From positions 3,872,001-3,936,000 of the forward strand of contig OZ242320.1 of assembly GCA_965208125.1 (NCBI GenBank): a stretch of 64,000 nucleotides of DNA. The letters are read 5' to 3'. Origin of the DNA: Candidatus Latescibacterota bacterium. Its GTDB lineage: Bacteria; Latescibacterota; UBA2968. This document shows positions 9,127-18,074 of this stretch, piece after piece. Position numbers and translations under genes: made by a program. Under the pieces are notes generated by a model. It was not told the DNA's origin. It saw only the letters and a list, made by a program, of their open reading frames with translations, and did not search any database. The first letter of the stretch is position 1; the number at the start of each line of letters is the position of its first letter.

Positions 9127-11115
9127 GTGTCCCAAACATTAGAAACTCCACGCGACCGTCAAGATCAGATGCCCGAATCTTCTCGAGATAGGGGGTTGAC
9201 CCTTCGCTCGGTACTCATTGGGCTTTGCTTTGCTGGTCTGGCAAATTTCTGGGTGACCTGGTCCGACTACATCATACATTCCTCGACATGGAACCTGAGC
9301 CATTTTCCGATGGTCAACTTTATTCTTTTTCTATTGTTGACCGTCTTTTCCGCTGTGGCCGGACGAGTGCTTGGCCCCCGGTTTTCGCTTGCACCTTCGG
9401 AATTGGCAACAGTAATGAGCATGGGGCTGGTCGGCAGTGTCGTGCCCACCAATGGATTCATCGGATATGTTCTCGGCATTCTGGCGACGCCGTATTATCT
9501 GGCGACGCCGGAAAACGGATGGGGTATCTATTTTCATCCCTACATTCCCGATTGGATGGCGCCATCAAACTCGGGCGATTCCATGCGGTATCTCTTTGAG
9601 GGATTGCCCGGTGGTATGCGGATTCCCTGGCAGGTCTGGATTGGTCCTCTTCTCTGGTGGCTGAGTTTTGCCGGGGGTATTGCCCTGGTCTCGGCCTGTA
9701 TTGTCGTATGCTTGAGAAAACAATGGACTGATTACGAACGCCTCGATTATCCCATCATCGGGGTAGGGATCGATATGGCAATGAGGTCGCGGGCTGTGGG
9801 TTGGTTACCGGAATATATGCACGGCCGCATTTTCTGGGGTGGATTCGCAGTTTCTTGTGGCATCGTTTGCTGGAATATTCCAGGCTACTTCATGCCCGGT
9901 ATTCCCGCTTTCCCGCTCTTGCCTCAGTGGTTTACCTTTGCAACCGGTTTTCCAACGATTGATTTCCACATCAGCTTTTTCGCCTTTGCCTTCGCCTTCT
10001 TTGTCAATCTCGAGGCCCTGTTCAGTGCCTGGTTCTTTTTTTTACTTTTCATTTTACAAAGCGGCGTTTTCAACCGGTTTGGGTACACCATAGGCACCCG
10101 TGGTGATCCCTGGTCCTCTCTAAATCCCGCAGTGGGTTGGCAAAGCTGGGGGGCGATGTGTTTTATCGTCTTCTGGGGACTCTGGGTTGGGCGAAATCAC
10201 ATCAAGCAAGTCTTCTACCAGGCCTTCCGTTCCGCCCAGGCTGGTCGTTCAGAAGAAATGATGTCCTACCGCATAGCTATTTTCGGGTTGGTCTTCGGAC
10301 TCGTATATGTGATCGGTTTTCTGCACCATGCGGGGATGAGCTATAAGATGGCCTTCATTCTGATTTTCTGTACTCTCGTCGGATACCTTGGTGTTGCCCG
10401 TATCGTAGCGGAGACGGGCCTTCTTTATGTCGTCGTACCGGTGACGGGCCAGTCGGCTACCATATATCTTCTGGGGTCATATGGTATGCCTCCAGAAAGC
10501 ATGACGGCCATGGTATTCTCCTATATGCTCGTTACCCGGGGGGCAGCTATGTTCATGCCTTCGTTCACGCAAATGGGCAAGCTCGCGGATCGAATTCCCC
10601 AGGTTCGACGAGGACTGATGTCGGCACTGGGTGGTGCGATCATTGCTGGAGTCGTGATTTCCATAGTGGTTACCTTCTATCTGGGATATAGCCAGGGCGC
10701 CTACAACTTCAACGTCTGGGTATTCGGTCTGGGAAGTCAGGTTCCCTTTATCGACACACTCACGAAAATCCGAACGCCCTTTTCCACGGACTGGAATCGC
10801 CTTTTTTTCTTTGGGATCGGAGTGGCTGTCTCTGCCTTGTTGACCTTTCTGCGTTACAGGTTTCCGGGGTGGCCCCTTTCTCCGATCGGCTTTCCGCTTT
10901 CCACCTCATGGCCAATGCGGAGGATCGGGTTCACAATTTTTCTGGCCTGGTTGGTAAAGGCACTGGTTATGAAGATCGGAGGCGTTGTCCTCTACAGGCG
11001 ATTTCAGCCCTTTGCGCTGGGTCTGGTTGTCGGTTGGGCTGTCGGTGTGGGAATATCTTTTGCGGTAGATATCATCTGGTTTCCCGGTCAAGGACACATG
11101 ATTCACTGGTATTGA
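9127..11115 (+). CDS. DUF6785/DUF6784-like polytopic membrane protein, copy 2
   Basis: Collinear paralog of 4260..6248 (WNLSHFPMVNFI, TIDFHISFFA, NPAVGWQSWG identical). Start is uncertain: GTG 9127 or ATG 9169. Confidence 0.75.
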   Translation: MSQTLETPRDRQDQMPESSRDRGLTLRSVLIGLCFAGLANFWVTWSDYIIHSSTWNLSHFPMVNFILFLLLTVFSAVAGRVLGPRFSLAPSELATVMSMGLVGSVVPTNGFIGYVLGILATPYYLATPENGWGIYFHPYIPDWMAPSNSGDSMRYLFEGLPGGMRIPWQVWIGPLLWWLSFAGGIALVSACIVVCLRKQWTDYERLDYPIIGVGIDMAMRSRAVGWLPEYMHGRIFWGGFAVSCGIVCWNIPGYFMPGIPAFPLLPQWFTFATGFPTIDFHISFFAFAFAFFVNLEALFSAWFFFLLFILQSGVFNRFGYTIGTRGDPWSSLNPAVGWQSWGAMCFIVFWGLWVGRNHIKQVFYQAFRSAQAGRSEEMMSYRIAIFGLVFGLVYVIGFLHHAGMSYKMAFILIFCTLVGYLGVARIVAETGLLYVVVPVTGQSATIYLLGSYGMPPESMTAMVFSYMLVTRGAAMFMPSFTQMGKLADRIPQVRRGLMSALGGAIIAGVVISIVVTFYLGYSQGAYNFNVWVFGLGSQVPFIDTLTKIRTPFSTDWNRLFFFGIGVAVSALLTFLRYRFPGWPLSPIGFPLSTSWPMRRIGFTIFLAWLVKALVMKIGGVVLYRRFQPFALGLVVGWAVGVGISFAVDIIWFPGQGHMIHWY

Positions 11116-11134
11116 GAGAGGAGGAGTCATATCA

Positions 11135-12565
11135 ATGGACTTATCAGGTTTTTTCATCGTGGCCCCATCTGTGGTCGGAATCGGCGAGCCGTTTGAGCTG
11201 AAGCTCAAGCTTCTCGGAGAGGTCCGGGAGATCCCTCCCGAATGCTTCCCTCTCAACCAGACCGAGCCGCAATTGAGCAGCCGGTACAACCTGTCTCCAA
11301 GGGGATTGGCTTTCAAGGACAACGTCCTGCCCGAATTCGAGGGTTCGATTGACCTTTCTGGCGGTGACGGCTATGAGGGGCCGGCTACATATACATTTGA
11401 AGGGGGCCGTCGGCCTATTGCCGCCATACCGGGAATCCGCTATACTCGGGAAGGCTTCCACTATATTACCGTCACGGCCAATGGAAAGCAGGCCCGCAGC
11501 AATCCCATTCGCGTCTGTCAGGATCCCCCGGTAGAACGCCTTTTCTGGGGAGACACCCACGCCCACACCATTTTTAGCGACGCTATTCGTTCTCCCGAGG
11601 AAGTCTATGGTTTTGCCCGCGACGAAGGATTTCTGGACCTGTTTTCAATGACTGATCACGCCGAAGCCCTGACAGATCGACAGTGGGACTACTTCGTCAG
11701 CGTCGCAAACGATCACTATGAACCGGGTCGATTTGCCACACTCGTGGCGCTTGAATGGACCAATTTCGAAGTCGGTCACAGAAACGTCTATTACCCGGGC
11801 GACTACGGTCCTATTCTTCGCGCTACGGACTCGCCCTATCAGGACCTGGAAGGTCTCTATCGAGCCGCCAGAGAGCACGGTGCCCTCCTCGTCCCGCACC
11901 ATTCGGCCAATACCCAGATGGGTGTCAAATGGCACGCGGGGCACGATCCCGAAATGGAACGCCTTGTAGAAATTCACTCTGTGTGGGCATGCAGCGAAAG
12001 GGCCGAACACCAGGGCAACCCCTATCCCATCCGGGTTCAGGGCGGTGAAACAGACGGTCAGCACGTCATTGATGCTCTGAATTTGGGCTACCGGTTCGGC
12101 ATCATTGGTAGCGGAGACATCCACGATGGAAGGCCAGGAGACGACCTTTCCAGCCTGCAAAACATGGCGCAATCCCACCTCACCGCACGGCAGGGCATCA
12201 TGGGTTTCTGGGCGAAGGAACTCACCCGTGAAGCCGCATTCGAAGCTATGTGGAACCGCCGCGTTTTTGGTACCATGAATGTCCGCGTGTACCTCCGCTT
12301 CGAAGTCTGTGGTGCTTTTATGGGATCCACCGTCAGGCACGACGGTCCCCGTCAGATCCGTCTGGAAGCTGCCAGCGAGTCCCCCTTTACGCTTATTGAG
12401 ATTGTGCGGAACGGCGAAACCATCCAGAAGATTGAACCCGGCGAATGCGAAATTCTCTGGGATACGCAAGACGGAGGCTCGGGCGGCATGGACTACTACT
12501 ATGGTCGTCTCATGCGAGAAGACGGTCAAATGGCCTGGTCCAGCCCGGTGTGGGTCGAGCCCTGA
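11135..12565 (+). CDS. DUF3604/PHP-like (CehA/McbA-type) metallohydrolase
   Basis: WGDTHAHT..SD, TDH, EWT..GHRN, PHH, GSGDIHDGRPG, terminal AWSSPVWV; GAGGAG RBS. Confidence 0.8.
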   Translation: MDLSGFFIVAPSVVGIGEPFELKLKLLGEVREIPPECFPLNQTEPQLSSRYNLSPRGLAFKDNVLPEFEGSIDLSGGDGYEGPATYTFEGGRRPIAAIPGIRYTREGFHYITVTANGKQARSNPIRVCQDPPVERLFWGDTHAHTIFSDAIRSPEEVYGFARDEGFLDLFSMTDHAEALTDRQWDYFVSVANDHYEPGRFATLVALEWTNFEVGHRNVYYPGDYGPILRATDSPYQDLEGLYRAAREHGALLVPHHSANTQMGVKWHAGHDPEMERLVEIHSVWACSERAEHQGNPYPIRVQGGETDGQHVIDALNLGYRFGIIGSGDIHDGRPGDDLSSLQNMAQSHLTARQGIMGFWAKELTREAAFEAMWNRRVFGTMNVRVYLRFEVCGAFMGSTVRHDGPRQIRLEAASESPFTLIEIVRNGETIQKIEPGECEILWDTQDGGSGGMDYYYGRLMREDGQMAWSSPVWVEP

Positions 12566-12594
12566 TTCGCTCTGTGCGGCCTATGGAGAAAATC

Positions 12595-14091
12595 ATGGAT
12601 AGAGTGATCATTGCAGAGTGCAAGCAAGAAGTCTCGACGTTTAATCCCGTGCCCAGCCAGTACGACGATTTTCGAATCGTACGTGGGCCTGATATGCTCG
12701 ATTTCCATCGCGGCGTCGGTCACGAAGTCGGCGGTGCTCTGAGCGTTTTGGACCGAGAAGAGGCGCTTCTCCTCGTGCCCACATACGGAGCGTGTGCGAA
12801 TACGTCTGGAGGTGTGCTTTCAAAAGGCGGATTTGACCGCCTGAGCGATGAGTTTCTCGAAAGTATCCGGGATGTCGGTGAGGTGGATGGAGCTTATTTC
12901 TCGCTTCACGGTGCCATGCAGGCCGAGAGCGAAAATGATCCCGAAGGCTACTTGCTACAGGAAGCCCGCCGCATTCTCGGTGACCAGATTCCGATTGTGG
13001 TATCCCTGGACCTGCACGGTATCCTCACTGATCGGATGCTCGAGCACTGTGATGCCGTCGTTACGTACCACACCTATCCGCATATTGACTTTGTTGAAAC
13101 AGGAAAGCGCGCGGCCTTTCTGTTGATCAAGATGCTGGATGGAAACATCCGTCCTGTGACTGCAAGAGTCAAGATCCCGGCGCTGGTGCGTGGCGATGAA
13201 ATGATTACTGAGACCGGGGCGATTCGAGAATGTATTCAACTGGCGAAGCAGATCGAAGCCAGCGAAGCGGGTCTTTCTGCGGGCGTGATGTGGGGAAACC
13301 CGTTCACCGATGTTCCGGAGCTTCGAACAAATAGTATCGTTGTCATGGATGGCGATGAAGTTGCCGCCATCCAATACGCGGTAGATCTGGCAAACCGGTT
13401 CTGGAAGCATCACGAAAAGATGCAGGTGCCTCTGACGGGTCTCGAAGAAAGCGTCCGGCTCGCTGCAGAAGTCGATTCTGGAACCGTCGTCATGATGGAT
13501 GCAGCCGACGCGACCAGTTCTGGCGCATCGGGTGATAGCAATGCCATTGTGCGAGAACTGATGTGTCAGAGATATTCCGGGATGGTCCTTGCACCGGTCG
13601 TGGATCCCGCTGCCGTCCAGAAAGCTTTCGACGCGGGCATAGGCGCCACCATCCGCACTACCGTAGGCGGCGTGTTCGACAGGGCCAGGTACGAACCACT
13701 AAAGATAGAGGCCAGGGTTCACCTGCTTTCAGATGGCGTTTTTCGCAGCGAGACCTTCGGCTGGCACTGGAATTCGGGAAATACCGCCGTTCTCAAGGTG
13801 GATAATTATACTCTTGTGGTCGGTACAAGGCCAGTCAGCCTGTTTGACCGATCGTGGTTTTACGCTCATGGGCAGGATCCGAAGAAATTCGACCTGGTTG
13901 TCGTAAAGTCGCCTCATTGCGAGCCCCACATGTTCGCCGACTGGTGCGCGAAGTTGATTAATGTTGACGCTCCCGGGGCGACAAGCGCGAACTTGCAGAG
14001 CCTTGGACATACGATTTGTAATCGACCGGTCTTTCCGCTGGATGATGTCATGGCATTTTCTCCGAAAGCGGATGTATTCCGTCGGAATTGA
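12595..14091 (+). CDS. M81 family metallopeptidase (MlrC-like)
   Basis: QEVSTFNP, LHGAM, SLDLHG, TYPHID, DAADATSSGASGD, VVVKS motifs; ATG 12595 after GGAG (alternative 12583). Confidence 0.88.
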   Translation: MDRVIIAECKQEVSTFNPVPSQYDDFRIVRGPDMLDFHRGVGHEVGGALSVLDREEALLLVPTYGACANTSGGVLSKGGFDRLSDEFLESIRDVGEVDGAYFSLHGAMQAESENDPEGYLLQEARRILGDQIPIVVSLDLHGILTDRMLEHCDAVVTYHTYPHIDFVETGKRAAFLLIKMLDGNIRPVTARVKIPALVRGDEMITETGAIRECIQLAKQIEASEAGLSAGVMWGNPFTDVPELRTNSIVVMDGDEVAAIQYAVDLANRFWKHHEKMQVPLTGLEESVRLAAEVDSGTVVMMDAADATSSGASGDSNAIVRELMCQRYSGMVLAPVVDPAAVQKAFDAGIGATIRTTVGGVFDRARYEPLKIEARVHLLSDGVFRSETFGWHWNSGNTAVLKVDNYTLVVGTRPVSLFDRSWFYAHGQDPKKFDLVVVKSPHCEPHMFADWCAKLINVDAPGATSANLQSLGHTICNRPVFPLDDVMAFSPKADVFRRN

Positions 14092-14174
14092 ATAGGAATG
14101 ATCATCACTAAATTATATATATTGGATCACCCTCGCTTCCATCCAGCATTGGGACTGATACAGAAAGAACGCCT

Positions 14175-15905
14175 ATGCCACACGCCAACCAGATTGATCC
14201 CATCCGATTTGAGGTCATCCGCAATGCGCTGTCCGAAGCCACGGAAGAAATGGCGATTGCCCTGCGCCGCAGTGCCTACTCCACCAATATTAAAACCCGA
14301 GCCGACTTCTCCTGTGTCCTTTTTGACAGCCGGGTTCGGGTCGTCGCTCAGGCTTTCGCGCAGCCCGTCCATCTCGGCTCCCTGTCCTTACTTGTACCCA
14401 GGATGGTGGAAGCATACGGGGCTGAAAATCTGGGTCCCGGTGACGCTATCCTGGCCAACGATCCCTACCTGGGTGGCGTACACCTGAATGACATCACCCT
14501 CATTTCACCAGTATATTACAACAACACTTGCCTGGGGTATGTTGCCAACCTGGCTCACCATGTAGATGTAGGTGGAGGGGCCCCCGCGAGCATTGGTGCT
14601 TTCAGGGAAGTGTTTCAGGAGGGCGTCATCATTCCGCCAGTCAAGCTCGTTGAGCGGGGCGAACTCGTCCCCAATATCTTCGATCTCATCCTCGCGCAAA
14701 TTCGTTCGAAACGCGAAATGGCAGGCGATCTGCGTGCCCAAATCGCAGCCAATAACACAGGCGTTCGCCGTTTATGTGCCCTCGCCGATCGCATAGGTGG
14801 CGACACGGTGTCGTTCTACATTCGCGAATTGATTGCCTACACGGAACGGCGCACGCGCGTGGAAATTAGAAATTTGCCGAATGGCGATTTTTCGGCCGAT
14901 GGGCAGGTGGATAACGACGGTTTTACGGACCGGCCAGTACACCTTGCCGCGCGAATCAGCATTCAGGATGATCAGATATGCTTTGATTTTACCGGCTCTG
15001 ACGTTCAGCGTAGCGCACCGGTGAATTCAACCGTAGCGATGACTTTTTCCGCCTGTGCCTATGTTCTCAAGTGCCTCATTGACCCGGATGTGCCAGTTAA
15101 TGCGGGTTTCTATAATACGGTTCAAATGGTTGCGCCAGAGGGAACGGTTGTCAACTGTTCTCCCCACGCACCGGTTGTCGGAGGCTGGGAGACCCAATTA
15201 CGGCTAACAGATGTCATATTGAGGGCCCTGGCTCCCGCATTTCCCGATCACATTCCAGCAGGTAGTAAAGCCATGGTATGTCATGCGGGATTCGGCGGAA
15301 TTATCGCCAGCACAGGCGAGTATTACTGCTTTTTGGAAACCCTGGCCGGTGGCTATGGTGGTCGTGCCGCGAGCGATGGGCCGGACGCCGTTCAGACTCA
15401 TGGGCAGAACACCGAAAACGCACCCATTGAGGAGACAGAAATCAACTACCCGGTACGCATCGCGCGCTACGAACTGGTTGAGAACTCCGAAGGCCCTGGT
15501 AAATTTCGGGGCGGATTGGGCCTCCGGCGTGACTACCTCTTCCCCGATCATGAAGCCTCCTTCACCATCCTCGCTGATCGCGACAGGAAGGGCCCCGGGG
15601 GCCTTTTCGGCGGCAAACCTGGCCGCACGGCCAGTTATTTTCTCAATTCGAATGGAAAAACCGTCCGACTTGGTTCGAAAACTACCGTCCAGCTTCAACC
15701 GGGAGATATTGTCAGCTATCGCACCTGCGGTGGCGGCGGCTACGGTCTGCCCGCGGATCGGGATCCCGAACGCGTGTTGCGCGACGTGCGAAACGGTATG
15801 GTCAGCCGGGAGCGAGCAAGGGAGATCTACCGAACGGAGATCGATACGGAGGCCTGGCGTGTGAACGATGGAGAAACGATGAGGTTGCGGAGCGAGATTA
15901 CCTGA
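14175..15905 (+). CDS. Hydantoinase B/5-oxoprolinase family subunit (pair 1)
   Basis: DPIRFEVIRNAL, DFSC, HLGS, NDPYLGGVHLND, HHVDVGG, QEG, SEGPGKFRGGLG, GGGGYG. Confidence 0.93.
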   Translation: MPHANQIDPIRFEVIRNALSEATEEMAIALRRSAYSTNIKTRADFSCVLFDSRVRVVAQAFAQPVHLGSLSLLVPRMVEAYGAENLGPGDAILANDPYLGGVHLNDITLISPVYYNNTCLGYVANLAHHVDVGGGAPASIGAFREVFQEGVIIPPVKLVERGELVPNIFDLILAQIRSKREMAGDLRAQIAANNTGVRRLCALADRIGGDTVSFYIRELIAYTERRTRVEIRNLPNGDFSADGQVDNDGFTDRPVHLAARISIQDDQICFDFTGSDVQRSAPVNSTVAMTFSACAYVLKCLIDPDVPVNAGFYNTVQMVAPEGTVVNCSPHAPVVGGWETQLRLTDVILRALAPAFPDHIPAGSKAMVCHAGFGGIIASTGEYYCFLETLAGGYGGRAASDGPDAVQTHGQNTENAPIEETEINYPVRIARYELVENSEGPGKFRGGLGLRRDYLFPDHEASFTILADRDRKGPGGLFGGKPGRTASYFLNSNGKTVRLGSKTTVQLQPGDIVSYRTCGGGGYGLPADRDPERVLRDVRNGMVSRERAREIYRTEIDTEAWRVNDGETMRLRSEIT

Positions 15906-15935
15906 TCATCCACCCGGTTCTGGAGGAACATAAGA

Positions 15936-18023
15936 ATGGCGTACCGGCTGGGCATTGACACTGGTGGAACATTCACAGATGCAACGCTCATCGATGAAGA
16001 AACTGGAGACATCCGCGTCGGCAAGGTGTCGTCCACACCGGGGGACCCTTCTCTCGGATTTATGGAAGCCACCCGTCGAATTCTGGGCGAATCAGAAATT
16101 GAACCGAATGAAGTGGGCTATATCGTACACGGAACCACAGTGGTCACCAATGCAATTATCGAAGGCAAAACCGCTCGGACGGGTTTTATCACCACCGGTG
16201 GCTTCCGCGATCTGCTTGAAATCGCGCGCCAGATCCGTCCGTCGCTTTACGACCTGCAGTTTGAAAAGCCCCGGCCGCTGGTACCGCGCTACCTCTGCTT
16301 CGGTGTGCCGGAGCGTCTGGATGCAAGGGGAAAAATTCTCGAACCTCTCGATGAAAAGGCCGTTTCCGCCGCGGCGAGCCAACTGCGCCGGGAGGCTGTG
16401 GAATCGATCGCGGTCTGCCTGCTTCACGCCTACACCAATCCCACCCACGAGCAGCGAGTCGAAGAGATCCTGAGGAGGGACTTTCCCGAAGCGATGGTGT
16501 CGCTGTCTTCGGAAGTATCACCGGAATTCAGGGAGTATTTTCGGGCCAGCACCACCGTCATCAACGCCTGTATCCGGCCTATTGCTGCGCGCTATTTGGA
16601 AAATATCCAGACTCGGTTGCGAGAAGAAGGGTTAACGGCGCAACTTTTGGTGATGCAAAGCAGTGGGGGAGTTCTGACCTTTGGAGCGGCAGCTAAAAAA
16701 CCAGTTTTTCTCGTCGAATCAGGTCCCGCAGCCGGGGTGATCGCAGCTACCTATCTGGGCGATACACTGGGCCATCCCAATGTGATCTCTTTTGACATGG
16801 GCGGAACAACGGCCAAAGCGGGCCTCGTACAGGATGGGCGGCCTCAGGTGACCATGGATTACGAGGTCGGGGCTACTGCTCAGGCGGGTGCTGGTGGGGC
16901 AAGAGGCGGGGGATATCCCATCCGCACGCCTGTCATTGATCTGGTGGAAATTGGCGCTGGTGGGGGGTCAATCGCCTGGGTAGATCCGGGTGGTGTGTTG
17001 CGGGTGGGACCACATAGCGCGGGAGCCGATCCCGGCCCGGTGTGCTACGGAAAGGGCGGCGAAGATCCCACGATCACCGATGCCAACCTGGTGCTGGGGC
17101 GCCTCAACCCGGATTATTTTTTGGGCGGTGAGATCGCACTGGACGCGGAAGCCGCTCGAATGGCGATTCAGCAGAAATGCGCTGACCCGCTGGGATTGGA
17201 TTCCGTAGAAGCCGCCTACGGGATTGTGGAAATCGCCAACGCGGCCATGGTCAACGCCCTCCGGCTGGTTTCTGTTCAGCGGGGATACGATCCGAGAGAA
17301 TTCGTGTTGGTGGCCTTCGGCGGGGCAGGCCCGGTACATGCCTGCCGCCTGATGGCAGAAATGGAGATTCCGACTATCCTGATTCCGATGAGTCCGGGAA
17401 CCACTTCGGCGATGGGTCTGCTCGTGACAGATCTCAAGCACGACTATTCGACAACATTTATATGTCAGGTAGATAAGCTGGATCTCAAAAAGGTGGCGAC
17501 GGCATTCCGCAATATGGAACAACAGGGGAGAGCGATACTGGAGGAAGAAGGGGTGCAGGACAAGGACAAGGACTTCCTGCGCCAGGTAGATATGCGCTAT
17601 GTAGGCCAGAGCTATGAATTGACCGTGCCGCTTTCCGAAACTGAATTCACACCAGCCGGGATTGAAGCCCTGCTGATCTACTTTCATCGGGAACACGACC
17701 GGGCCTACGGATACAGCGCTCCTGAAGAACCTGCGGAATTTGTCAATCTCCGTCTTTCAGCAATCGGCCGAATCGCAAAACCCCGACTCCGTAGCCTTGA
17801 TTCAAATTCAGACGCTCCGGCTCTCAAAACCAGCCGCCCCGTTTACTTTGCCGAGCGCAATGGATTTGTGGATTGTCCGATTTACGACCGCTATACCCTC
17901 GCCGCGGGGAATATTTTGGATGGCCCTGCGATCATTGAAGAAATAGATTCCACGAGCGTTATCCACCCCGGGTACCGGGGAACCGTAGATACGTACGGGA
18001 ACCTGATTTTGACCCGGGAATGA
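15936..18023 (+). CDS. Hydantoinase A/5-oxoprolinase family ATP-binding subunit (pair 1)
   Basis: DTGGTFTD, HGTT, ESGPAAG, DMGGTTAK, EIGAGGGSI, AFGGAGP, DMRYVGQ. Confidence 0.93.
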   Translation: MAYRLGIDTGGTFTDATLIDEETGDIRVGKVSSTPGDPSLGFMEATRRILGESEIEPNEVGYIVHGTTVVTNAIIEGKTARTGFITTGGFRDLLEIARQIRPSLYDLQFEKPRPLVPRYLCFGVPERLDARGKILEPLDEKAVSAAASQLRREAVESIAVCLLHAYTNPTHEQRVEEILRRDFPEAMVSLSSEVSPEFREYFRASTTVINACIRPIAARYLENIQTRLREEGLTAQLLVMQSSGGVLTFGAAAKKPVFLVESGPAAGVIAATYLGDTLGHPNVISFDMGGTTAKAGLVQDGRPQVTMDYEVGATAQAGAGGARGGGYPIRTPVIDLVEIGAGGGSIAWVDPGGVLRVGPHSAGADPGPVCYGKGGEDPTITDANLVLGRLNPDYFLGGEIALDAEAARMAIQQKCADPLGLDSVEAAYGIVEIANAAMVNALRLVSVQRGYDPREFVLVAFGGAGPVHACRLMAEMEIPTILIPMSPGTTSAMGLLVTDLKHDYSTTFICQVDKLDLKKVATAFRNMEQQGRAILEEEGVQDKDKDFLRQVDMRYVGQSYELTVPLSETEFTPAGIEALLIYFHREHDRAYGYSAPEEPAEFVNLRLSAIGRIAKPRLRSLDSNSDAPALKTSRPVYFAERNGFVDCPIYDRYTLAAGNILDGPAIIEEIDSTSVIHPGYRGTVDTYGNLILTRE

Positions 18024-18074
18024 CCCGGACGTCTCCGGATACAGAGCAGAGCGAGAATTCTGGAATACACTGAT

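Noticed and set aside
14098-14174. MIITKLYIL... as a possible enolase-family gene stub
   Set aside because: Similarity is limited to 4-5 residues; not distinguishable from chance.
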